Origin: Bdellovibrionota bacterium
Lineage (GTDB): Bacteria; Bdellovibrionota_C; UBA2361; CALJRW01
Length of the DNA stretch: 64,000 nt
NCBI GenBank assembly: GCA_041740355.1
Contig: JBGSMD010000020.1
Span: forward strand, 1-64,000
Direction of reading: 5' to 3'
The position numbers and the translations under genes are program-made. Below are positions 29,666 to 38,488 of the stretch, in pieces (the first letter of the stretch is position 1; every line of letters starts with the position of its first letter). The notes under the pieces are model-generated. The model worked only from the letters and a program-made list of their open reading frames with translations, ran no database searches and was not told the origin of the DNA.

Positions 29666-30271
29666 ATGATTGCAGAAAAATGCCAAGGGACAACAGAGAG
29701 ACAATCAACTAGGCTCTCAGATCAAGAACTAATTTGCGCCGCCCAGAAAGGTGACGCTAAGTCATTTGAAAATCTTGTTCTTCGTCATCATGCTAATTTA
29801 CTTGGATTTGTTTGCTCCCAAATGGGTGGCAGTGATACTTCTCAAGATATTACCAATCAGGCTTTCACTAAAGCTTGGAAACGCCTTGAAAAATATACCC
29901 CGACCGCAAATTTTACAACATGGGTAACTAGAATTGCCCTTAACTTGATTTACGATCATTATCGGTCAGAGAAAGCGAGAGAGAAAAGAACGAAAGAACA
30001 TCCATTATTTATTTTAGAAAATGCTCATTCTCGAGCCCCCTCCCCTCCAGATGATTTGATAATGCAAATTGAAGATCAATCATTACGACAACAAAAGCTT
30101 AAAATGGCAATTAATAACCTTCCAGATCGATCTAGAAAATTGGTAGCACTCCGACTTGAGGGTCTTAGTTATGAGGATATCGCTAATAAATCAGAAATTC
30201 CTATTGGTACTGTGATGTCAGGACTGTCTAGATCTCTTAAAATATTAAAAGCAAATCTAAGCTTAACTTAA
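29666..30271 (+). CDS. ECF sigma factor
   Basis: Region 2 (DITNQAFTKAW, FTTWVTRIALN) and region 4 (GLSYEDIA, IPIGTVMSGLSR). Confidence 0.9.
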   Translation: MIAEKCQGTTERQSTRLSDQELICAAQKGDAKSFENLVLRHHANLLGFVCSQMGGSDTSQDITNQAFTKAWKRLEKYTPTANFTTWVTRIALNLIYDHYRSEKAREKRTKEHPLFILENAHSRAPSPPDDLIMQIEDQSLRQQKLKMAINNLPDRSRKLVALRLEGLSYEDIANKSEIPIGTVMSGLSRSLKILKANLSLT

Positions 30272-30317
30272 AGTGTCTGCATTAATTGAGCAACTATTCT
30301 AAGCAAGGATAATCATC

Positions 30318-30346
30318 TTGTGATTTAAACCTTGATCTACTATGAT
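30318..30346 (+). promoter_or_regulatory. Sigma70-type promoter pointing at the DUF3800 3' end
   Basis: TTGTGA (30318-30323)-17 nt-TATGAT (30341-30346). Confidence 0.6.
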
Positions 30347-30351
30347 CATTA

Positions 30352-30419
30352 ATGAACTACTGAAAATGTGAATACATCGTAGGTGGTGTTTAAAACTAGC
30401 GACCTTGGTCGCTTTTTTT
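30352..30419 (+). ncRNA. Candidate ~68-nt small RNA convergent with the DUF3800 gene
   Basis: Lies between a promoter and an intrinsic terminator; internal CUAC/GUAG plus AUGU/ACAU stem; DUF3800 genes are known neighbours of structured RNA motifs. Confidence 0.5.
30398..30419 (+). terminator. Rho-independent terminator (+ strand)
   Basis: agcgac-cttg-gtcgct followed by a T-run that overlaps the DUF3800 stop codon. Confidence 0.8.
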
Positions 30420-31209
30420 ATTTGGGGTACATCACAATACCAAATTTATCAGCTCTAGAAGCATTCAAATTTAGTACACTAGACAGCGAACTTAAATAAT
30501 ATTCGACCTCTTCGATTGATAAATAAGATTTCAACCTATTCGGAAAATCACCAAGATTCTTATTCTTTAATACATAAAGATAAGCAAGGTACGAAACCAA
30601 GTCGCAACATTGGATCAGATATGATTCTTTAGAGTCCTTTGGTAAAGGATCTTCAATCATACTTTTAATTTCCTGACGATAACTGCCAGAACTAAATTGT
30701 GATGGAATATAATTAATTTGTTGAATCTTCCTAGCAGTCTTAGTCATTTTACCAACTCGACCTTGATCTGTAATCATCATAAATCGCTCTTCAGGATTTA
30801 CACTAAGGTTTAGATCGTTTTCAACTCTTTGAATAGAATAGGTTAACGCTTTATCTAGTACATCGTAATCAGATTGAACAATATTAGCCTTGATTATAGC
30901 AACATTAATAATCTTTAAATTGAGTGTATTAATAAACTTACAATAATCAGCAATGATTTCCTTGCGAACTTGCTGCGAAAAGTTAAATGAGCGATAGGGA
31001 TTTTTATCTAGAAGAAAGGGCTTAACATGCATTTCAGTCTTAACCGGCAAACCATATTTCACTTTCAACTCCTTCCTAAAACTTGAAATTGCTTGATATG
31101 TATCTTTCCAGTTTAAATAATGAAGGTAAATAGTGGTTAAAACAAAAATTGGGGATGAATAATCTGGGTATCCATCATCCCCAGATTCATCACAATAAAC
31201 TATCCTCAT
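30418..31209 (-). CDS. DUF3800 family protein (RNase H-like fold)
   Basis: N-terminal YCDESG and C-terminal LIQCCDLVSY (QxxD) motifs; TAATG overlap with the upstream RM gene. Confidence 0.85.
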   Translation of the reverse strand: MRIVYCDESGDDGYPDYSSPIFVLTTIYLHYLNWKDTYQAISSFRKELKVKYGLPVKTEMHVKPFLLDKNPYRSFNFSQQVRKEIIADYCKFINTLNLKIINVAIIKANIVQSDYDVLDKALTYSIQRVENDLNLSVNPEERFMMITDQGRVGKMTKTARKIQQINYIPSQFSSGSYRQEIKSMIEDPLPKDSKESYLIQCCDLVSYLAYLYVLKNKNLGDFPNRLKSYLSIEEVEYYLSSLSSVLNLNASRADKFGIVMYPK

Positions 31210-33941
31210 TACTTCTTTCCAAAAATATTCGCCGTATACTTCTCATAAAGCTCAAACAAATATTCAATTCGCTTAACTTCGCTGGCAAAAGCCTGTGGCC
31301 GATAGGCAAGATCAACAGCTTTATCTAGTTCATGATGAGCTTTCACTAACTTTGGTGGCATTGTTAAGGGATCGTAGAAATCTGCCAAGGAACAATCAGG
31401 AAATTCAGCTCTAATATTTAAGACTTGCTGAGCAGCTTCTTCGACACGAGCTTTTTGTTTCTCTGTTGGGAATTCTGGCCAAGGGAAGTTGTTGTAGACT
31501 AATTGATTTGAGTACCGATAATCACTTTTCAACCTACCACTTATTAATCTTACCCAAGACATATGCATTGTAGAATGAATGATTGCAAAAACAAATAATT
31601 CTCTAGTTGATATAGTGTAAACAGACTCTCCAACTATAATATCTGAATTTAAAATATCGATAGGTATGTAATTTCTATTAATGGAAGATATTCTCGGGAT
31701 GGCAATAAAATCAGTGTTGGGTTGTCGAATTTCTCCAAATAAAGTTGGCGTTTTAGCTAACTTATTCGTTGCAGCTCTAGTACTACAAAATCTAATTTTT
31801 TGAACATCCTCCACTCGCTTTTTCACTAAAGGCATGGATTTAAAATCGCTTGGAAGTAAATCAAGAAGCCACAAACAATATCGTGGGATAGAATTGATCA
31901 ATTCCTCGCCCATTAGGTACTTTCTAATATACTTATTACTCAAGGGCTCATTGGAGACCAATTTATTCTTATCTTCTTCGTTCAGTAATAGAAACCCACC
32001 ATCATTAGGCATGCTGCCATAGTTCATTTGTGGCACACTACAAATTGGGAGTCTACGTTTTAGAATAATCTGCTCCCCACCAACAACTAAATATGGATTA
32101 ATGTTTTTAACATCAACCTTATGTGGCTCACTACTAATAGTTTCATATTCAAAAATATACTTCGGGGTAACGTCATAGGCAGCAAAACCAATAATCACAA
32201 CGTGAACTGCAGCATTGCCTTTAGCTTCATTACCCCATTTAAAAGTTTGATGAGCAAAGCAAATTTTAATTTTAAACTTACTAAATAAGTAGCTCCAAAG
32301 AATTCCAGGTTGTTCCCCTTGAGAAATCGAATTAGTCGAAACAAAGGCAACTTTAATCTTAGTATCCTGAATATAACTTGCAGCCTTTACATACCAAGCA
32401 GTTACAAAGTCTAGGACATTTGCTCCATTAACCTTAAGAAAGACATTATTCATGTCTTCTTTTTGTTCCTTAGTCTGCAATGATTTTCCAATAAAAGGTG
32501 GATTACCGAGCATGTATGAAAGTTGATCTTTAGAAATAACCGTCTCCCAATCTACTCGTAATGCATTGGCATGTATAATTTTAGCGGATTTTTTGAGTGG
32601 CAATCTCACAAAATATAAACCAAAATATTCACTAATTTGTAAATTCATTTGATGATCAATTAACCACATGGCGACTTCGGCAATCCTTGCCGGAAATTCT
32701 TCAATTTCAATTCCACACATTTGGTCAACTTCAACTTTCATGATTTGACTGACATCAAGCACAGTCTGACCATCTTTATAGATTGATTTGAGAACTTCAA
32801 GTTCAAGCAATCGAAGTTCTCGATAAGTAATTACAAGAAAATTGCCACAACCACATGCCGGATCCAGAAATTTTAATGTACTAAGTTTTTGATGAAAGTC
32901 TTTAAGCTTTTTTGAATTAGTTTTAATTGCTTCAAATTCTTGCCAAAGCTCATCTAGAAATAGTGGCTTAATAACTTTTAAGATATTTTTTTCGCTAGTG
33001 TAATGTGCCCCAAGGCTTCTACGCTCATTAGGATTCATGACAGATTGAAACATGGAACCAAAAATAGCTGGGGAAATTTTACTCCAATTTAAAGCACAAC
33101 AATCGAGCAATAATTCACGCATTGAGGCATCAAAGAATGCTGGAGGTAATGTTTCCTCAAACAATTTTCCATTAACGTAGGGGAATGCTGTTAATTGCTC
33201 ATCCAGATTTTTTAATCTTTTATCTTGAGGCGTATTTAAAATATAAAATATTTCGCTTAGCCTTGACGCTAAATCACTTCCGTCTTCACTAGTTCTTTGT
33301 TCGATAAAATCTTTAAAGATATTTTTTTCAAAGATAGTGGAATCATCTGCAAATAAGCAAAACAGTAATCGAACTAGATAAAGTTCTAAGTCATGACCAT
33401 CATAACCAATCTTTTTTAAATTATCATGAATCACAGCCATTAGATCGGCTGCTTTAATGTTTACGGGATCTTGTTCTTTATATACTTGTTTTTCATAACC
33501 AGCGATGAATCCAAAATGATGAACATTATCCACAAGATCTTTTAGATCAAATTCTAGGTATTCTTGATCCTTTGATAAATTGTCTAAATCAAATAATCGA
33601 AATTTTTGGAAATTACAGACAACAATATATTTCGGTAATTCGCGTTCTTTGAGTCCTGGGAAATAGTCTTTTGCTTGTCGGTAAGCCTTATCCAGATCCT
33701 TTCCTGCTGATTTATGTTCCACCAACAGTTGTCCACGCCATAGCAAATCAATGAAGCCACCAGCTCTAGTATTTTTCGTAACTTTGTGTTCAAAAGTTGC
33801 TACGCGCCTTCTAGAAATTCCAAATATCTGAAAGAACTGATCCCAAAAGGACTTTGCCTCAGCATTTTCGCTTATCTCATGCTCCCATTCTTTAGAAAAG
33901 ATTGCTGCTCGTTTTTTAATTTCGTTCCAACTGAGTGCCAT
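31209..33941 (-). CDS. MmeI-like type IIL restriction-modification enzyme (nuclease, m6A methyltransferase, TRD)
   Basis: FIDLLW...VEHKS (PD-ExK), GAHYTSE, LDPACGCGNF (motif I), GNPPF (motif IV), RYSN..VYNNFPWP and LADFYDP. Confidence 0.92.
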   Translation of the reverse strand: MALSWNEIKKRAAIFSKEWEHEISENAEAKSFWDQFFQIFGISRRRVATFEHKVTKNTRAGGFIDLLWRGQLLVEHKSAGKDLDKAYRQAKDYFPGLKERELPKYIVVCNFQKFRLFDLDNLSKDQEYLEFDLKDLVDNVHHFGFIAGYEKQVYKEQDPVNIKAADLMAVIHDNLKKIGYDGHDLELYLVRLLFCLFADDSTIFEKNIFKDFIEQRTSEDGSDLASRLSEIFYILNTPQDKRLKNLDEQLTAFPYVNGKLFEETLPPAFFDASMRELLLDCCALNWSKISPAIFGSMFQSVMNPNERRSLGAHYTSEKNILKVIKPLFLDELWQEFEAIKTNSKKLKDFHQKLSTLKFLDPACGCGNFLVITYRELRLLELEVLKSIYKDGQTVLDVSQIMKVEVDQMCGIEIEEFPARIAEVAMWLIDHQMNLQISEYFGLYFVRLPLKKSAKIIHANALRVDWETVISKDQLSYMLGNPPFIGKSLQTKEQKEDMNNVFLKVNGANVLDFVTAWYVKAASYIQDTKIKVAFVSTNSISQGEQPGILWSYLFSKFKIKICFAHQTFKWGNEAKGNAAVHVVIIGFAAYDVTPKYIFEYETISSEPHKVDVKNINPYLVVGGEQIILKRRLPICSVPQMNYGSMPNDGGFLLLNEEDKNKLVSNEPLSNKYIRKYLMGEELINSIPRYCLWLLDLLPSDFKSMPLVKKRVEDVQKIRFCSTRAATNKLAKTPTLFGEIRQPNTDFIAIPRISSINRNYIPIDILNSDIIVGESVYTISTRELFVFAIIHSTMHMSWVRLISGRLKSDYRYSNQLVYNNFPWPEFPTEKQKARVEEAAQQVLNIRAEFPDCSLADFYDPLTMPPKLVKAHHELDKAVDLAYRPQAFASEVKRIEYLFELYEKYTANIFGKK

Positions 33942-34078
33942 GATTTTATTTGTTATAACTAGAAAATAGTATTTTAGTTTAGAGTTTACGGCTAGTTACT
34001 AGTTTGGGCACGCTGTTTCCTGTAGTAGGATTCTTTGCCAGAAAAGAGTTGATATGTAAATAAAACTGGGAGTAAAGA

Positions 34079-35803
34079 CTACTGCCTGACCTTCAGTTCC
34101 TGCCCAATCCTTAAACCAGTACCCGTTATTTTATTCAGCTTACGAATGTCAGTGATGCTGACTTTATGCTGATTGCTAATTGACCATAAAGTATCACCAG
34201 GAGCTACCTTGTGAGTTTTACTGGAATCGACTAGTCCTTTAGTAGTAACTGGTGCTGCTGGAATTTTCTCCTGTACCGTTAACTTCTGCCCTTCTTTTAT
34301 CACGTTAGAAGTTATGCCATTGATACTTTTTAAATCACTGACTGTCATTCCATACTTAACAGCAATGGAACTAAGTGTTTCCCGATATTTTACTAAGTGC
34401 GTCCCTGTACCAACCGTAGGTAATGGAGCAATATCTTTCTCCTTAAGAACAGCAATCGCGCTTTCCCGTGGTGAAATATTTAGCTTCTGACCAATACGTA
34501 CAGTGTCAGAGCTGAGGTTATTAAGTTGTTTTAATTGCTTAACAGTCAGCTCATGTTTAACAGCAATTCCGGCGAGAGTATCCCCTGATCTAACTTTATA
34601 TGTTCCAACTCCATAAACAACACTAGCACTACCTGTTGTTGGCTCTGGAGCTTTCAGTGTAACTACTTTAGTTTTGTATTTACTTGGAATTTTTAATACG
34701 TAATTCTTAGGAATCTTGTAACGTCCCTGCCAAATGGCATCAGAAATTGCATAATTATATTGCTTTAGTTCTTCCAAGCTCACTCCTGTCCGAGTCATAA
34801 TATGAGTGACGGAAGTATCATTTGAAATTGGATATTCAGTAACTTGCAAGGCAGGCTCTACTTTAATTCCTGGAAAATATTTCTCACGATTATCATAAAC
34901 CTCATTAGCCGCTAAAAGTTCAGGATAAAAATTATTAGATGCAAAACCAAAAAGCTGTGTCGTTGGATGTTCAATTAAATAAGTAATATCACGGGAACCC
35001 ATCTTTTTAACTTTACCACGCACACCACCAACTCCATGATTATAGGAAGTAACAGCAAGTGGCCAGCGCTCTAAAGATTTATAAGCCGAACGTAAATATT
35101 TAGCAGCACCGCGAGTTGCTGAAATTACATCACGACGTTCGTCGATTAAATTATCAACACGCATGTAACTTTTGGCTGTGGCACGCATAAACTGCCAGAT
35201 GCCGGCTGCACCAACAGAACTATAGGCTTTATAATTAAAAGAAGATTCGACAAATGGAAGTCTAGTTAATTCTCGAGGTAGACCAAACTCTTTAATAAAA
35301 ATATTCTCAATAATCGGCATGTAGCGACCAGATAGAATAATTGCTTCTTCAAACTTTTCTTTAATTCCGGTTTGGCTACGAACTTTATCGTCGCTAATTG
35401 TACTTAAATACTTTGCTTTGCCATTTCCCGGAACATATTCCATGGCCGTTTCAATTTGTTCGGCTAATTTTGAACCATCATTTTTACCCTGAGCAAGTTC
35501 AGAAATAATTCTTCTAATTTTAGCTGTGTGTTCAGCTTTAGCTTTATTTACAGTTACATCATAAGCGGCAGTTTTACGTCCATATTTCTCTGCTACCCAG
35601 TTGTAATCAGCTACATCAAAAACCGCTTGGGGATAATCACGATGGTGGAAAATGGCGTGTTGTTGGGTATAAATCGCAAAGACTCCGATCCAAAAATCTA
35701 CCCGTGGACGAAGTTCTTCTGGCACTTTGAACTCAGGATTACTTGGACTTGCAAAAGAAACATTCGTTAAACAAAATAAGAAAATTATTAGTAGAATTCT
35801 CAT
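34079..35803 (-). CDS. MltD-like lytic transglycosylase with LysM repeats
   Basis: VESSFN, GAAGIWQF and SYNHG SLT motifs; three C-terminal LysM domains. Confidence 0.92.
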   Translation of the reverse strand: MRILLIIFLFCLTNVSFASPSNPEFKVPEELRPRVDFWIGVFAIYTQQHAIFHHRDYPQAVFDVADYNWVAEKYGRKTAAYDVTVNKAKAEHTAKIRRIISELAQGKNDGSKLAEQIETAMEYVPGNGKAKYLSTISDDKVRSQTGIKEKFEEAIILSGRYMPIIENIFIKEFGLPRELTRLPFVESSFNYKAYSSVGAAGIWQFMRATAKSYMRVDNLIDERRDVISATRGAAKYLRSAYKSLERWPLAVTSYNHGVGGVRGKVKKMGSRDITYLIEHPTTQLFGFASNNFYPELLAANEVYDNREKYFPGIKVEPALQVTEYPISNDTSVTHIMTRTGVSLEELKQYNYAISDAIWQGRYKIPKNYVLKIPSKYKTKVVTLKAPEPTTGSASVVYGVGTYKVRSGDTLAGIAVKHELTVKQLKQLNNLSSDTVRIGQKLNISPRESAIAVLKEKDIAPLPTVGTGTHLVKYRETLSSIAVKYGMTVSDLKSINGITSNVIKEGQKLTVQEKIPAAPVTTKGLVDSSKTHKVAPGDTLWSISNQHKVSITDIRKLNKITGTGLRIGQELKVRQ

Positions 35804-37182
35804 TGCTGATAAAGTAAATTAATGATTTTGTTTTCTAGTTCTCTAGAACTTGAGCCAGAAGTGACTTTGTTTTGGATAAAACCAAAAACATATTTATTAC
35901 GTTTCTTCGAACTCACCATTCCAACTAATGAATCCACACCATTAATTGTTCCTGTCTTAGCGCGAATCACAAGACCATCAGAAAACTTCACTTTTTTAAG
36001 TGTTCCTGTTTGTCCTGAGACTGCTAGAGAAGCTAAAAATTCTGGTGCGATGGAATAATCTTGCATCGATTCTTTAAAGATCTCCGCTAGCATCCGTACA
36101 GTAATGCGATTACTATGACTTAGACCTGAGGCATCATGTAATGAAATTTCGCTAGTATCAAAGCCTTTTGATTTTAAATAGCTAGTAAGATTCGCTAATC
36201 CTTGTTTGCGACTAAAGCGATTGTTTAGACTGCCGGCGCGATAAAGAAGTTGCTCAGCAATAAAATTACTGCTGAATTTATTTAAGTCAGCAATAATCTG
36301 ACTCAAGGCTTTTGATTGATGAGTGCCCAATCGTTTTGTAGTACCAGAAAATTTTTGCCGATAAATTTTCCCCGTTACAGTAATGCCGATATAGTTTAAA
36401 TTTCGTTGAACAGCTCCTGCTAAGTACTGAACAGTGTCGCTAACACTACGATAAACCTCGGAACATCCGGAATTACTCGGAACCTTGCCCGCCAAACGAT
36501 AGACTTGCGGGGAACTCTGGCCTTTCGGAGTAAAGTCATCCACACCATAAGCAACAGAGCGCCCACCTAACCCAACTTGCCCTTGAAATTGGATTGGATA
36601 CTCCCAAGGATCCGGAGTAACTCTGGCACTTCCACCACCTCCACCACAGACATTAAAAGTAATCGTGTTAAAATTAAAAGACAGTGCCGAATTAGATGCT
36701 TGATAAGCGCTTTGACCAGAACGGGGCATTTGCTCTACAAACGCAGTATCATCTAGGTAAATATTCCCAACTTCGGTAATTCCAAACTTCTTTAAATTAC
36801 GAATCAAAACCCAAAGAGATTCTGTTGTGAAACTAGGGTCTCCTTGACCTCTGATAATTAAATTATTAACTTTAGAACCATTGAAACCTTCACCTTCCAC
36901 ATATGTTTCAAAACGATAATCAGTTCCTAGTTTCTTTAAAGAATAATTAGTAATTAAAAGCTTCATAACGCTCGCTGGTTTTAGAGGAGCATCTGCATTA
37001 TGGCTAAAGATTAGCTGATTAGTGTCGGGGTTGATGATGTAAATGCCCTTACTGAATTTATTACTAGCATTAACTATCGATTGAATTTTAGAAGTTAATG
37101 CAGTGTCAGCAAGACAGATGTTAGAGAACACTACTACTAGAAGGCTTATAAGCCCGATTTTAGGAAATAATTTATTAAACAA
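35800..37182 (-). CDS. dacB: D-Ala-D-Ala carboxypeptidase/endopeptidase PBP4
   Basis: PASVMK (SxxK), SSN, DASGLS and AKTGT motifs. Confidence 0.92.
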   Translation of the reverse strand: MFNKLFPKIGLISLLVVVFSNICLADTALTSKIQSIVNASNKFSKGIYIINPDTNQLIFSHNADAPLKPASVMKLLITNYSLKKLGTDYRFETYVEGEGFNGSKVNNLIIRGQGDPSFTTESLWVLIRNLKKFGITEVGNIYLDDTAFVEQMPRSGQSAYQASNSALSFNFNTITFNVCGGGGGSARVTPDPWEYPIQFQGQVGLGGRSVAYGVDDFTPKGQSSPQVYRLAGKVPSNSGCSEVYRSVSDTVQYLAGAVQRNLNYIGITVTGKIYRQKFSGTTKRLGTHQSKALSQIIADLNKFSSNFIAEQLLYRAGSLNNRFSRKQGLANLTSYLKSKGFDTSEISLHDASGLSHSNRITVRMLAEIFKESMQDYSIAPEFLASLAVSGQTGTLKKVKFSDGLVIRAKTGTINGVDSLVGMVSSKKRNKYVFGFIQNKVTSGSSSRELENKIINLLYQQ

Positions 37183-37222
37183 GGAATCTGTACGAAAAAT
37201 AAAACTATCCGTAGTTAGTAAC

Positions 37223-37564
37223 TTATTTTCCTAAACAACGAAAGTCATCTAACTGTGAATCTGTTAAAGCCGAAGTATATTCTTCATTAATTTTTACAAA
37301 TTCTTGAAAGTCCCCGGGAACTGCACTGTCTTCATATATTGCTTCTACAGGGCATTCAGTTTCACAAGCACCACAATTAATACATTCATCTGGATGAATC
37401 ATTAACATTCCAGCACCTTCATCCCCATCATTGCCTTCAAAAGCAACTCCATATTTTTCATTCAAAGCAATTTTTTTAAAATTATAGAAGCAATCAACAG
37501 GACAAACCTCAACACAAGATCGATCTTTGGTCCCTAAACAAGGTTTGGTAACTACGTAAGCCAT
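37223..37564 (-). CDS. 7Fe/8Fe ferredoxin (FdxA-like) with a loop insertion
   Basis: MAYVVTKPC...SCVEVCPVDCF and CINCGACETECP; start placed at 37564. Confidence 0.9.
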   Translation of the reverse strand: MAYVVTKPCLGTKDRSCVEVCPVDCFYNFKKIALNEKYGVAFEGNDGDEGAGMLMIHPDECINCGACETECPVEAIYEDSAVPGDFQEFVKINEEYTSALTDSQLDDFRCLGK

Positions 37565-37630
37565 TTCTGAAAAATTAAGATAAACTGATATACCTACTTG
37601 TAACAACAGTTGGTGATTATTTCAACACGT

Positions 37631-37730
37631 CTTCGCTAAAGCTTCGGCGTGGCAAGCCCTGCCTTCGCCATCCTAAATTTCTAGTAGAATTATGACTAAA
37701 AAGCTTCGACGCAACAAGCATTGGCGAAGG
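37631..37730. repeat. GC-rich REP-like palindromic cluster
   Basis: ccttcgcca/tggcgaagg inverted repeat and two copies of ctaaa(aa)gcttcgRcg...caagc. Confidence 0.55.
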
Positions 37731-37746
37731 TGGAGTCTAATCAGAA

Positions 37747-37775
37747 TTGACTTCAAACAAACGTTTGATTAAATT
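37747..37775 (+). promoter_or_regulatory. Promoter with overlapping PsrA-type operator
   Basis: TTGACT-17 nt-TAAATT with palindrome TCAAAC-AAAC-GTTTGA (37753-37768) in the spacer. Confidence 0.75.
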
Positions 37776-37786
37776 ATAGTTAAATT

Positions 37787-38488
37787 ATGGACACAAAAAC
37801 TAAAATCTTAAATTCCGCCGAAGAATTATTTGCCGACCAAGGCTTCGAGAATGTTTCCATCCGAGCAATTATAAATAAAGCCTCAGTCAATATCGCCGCT
37901 ATTAATTACCACTTTGGTAATAAGGACGAATTAATTTTTGCTGTAGTGAAAAGAAGAATTATGGAAGTAAATAATTTTCGCGCTACTGGCTTAGAAGCAT
38001 TGCAAGATGAATACCAACAAAAAGCAATTCCAGTTAAAAAAATTATCCATGCATTCATTTATCCGGCATTTAAACACAGCAATTCTGATCAAAAAAATGG
38101 TTCAAGGTTCCTACAATTAATGGGACGGATAATGTCTAACACCTATCCAAATTTAAAATCTCGAGTCTTTGAAGTATTCGATCCAATTGCTCAGGATTAT
38201 TTGAAGGAATTAATTAAGGCTATGCCACAAATTAGCGCTGAAGAAGTTTCCCAAAAATTTTATTTCACCATTGGAAGCATGGCTCATATCTTATTAAATC
38301 ATGCTGAGACAGACTGTATTAAAAAATCTTATACGGCCGAACGTAGCTTAATGAAAACAGCCGAAGATTTAATTGAATTTTGTTCCGGAGGATTTCAGGC
38401 GATGTCTCCGGATTCACAAATAATCTACACAAAAAATAAATCTAAGACTAAATCTAAGCAACCTTCTGCTCGTCCGCTTGCTGCCTAA
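37787..38488 (+). CDS. TetR-family regulator, PsrA-like
   Basis: TKILNSAEELFADQGF...VNIAAINYHFGNKDEL HTH; PsrA-like C-terminus; cognate operator upstream. Confidence 0.85.
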   Translation: MDTKTKILNSAEELFADQGFENVSIRAIINKASVNIAAINYHFGNKDELIFAVVKRRIMEVNNFRATGLEALQDEYQQKAIPVKKIIHAFIYPAFKHSNSDQKNGSRFLQLMGRIMSNTYPNLKSRVFEVFDPIAQDYLKELIKAMPQISAEEVSQKFYFTIGSMAHILLNHAETDCIKKSYTAERSLMKTAEDLIEFCSGGFQAMSPDSQIIYTKNKSKTKSKQPSARPLAA

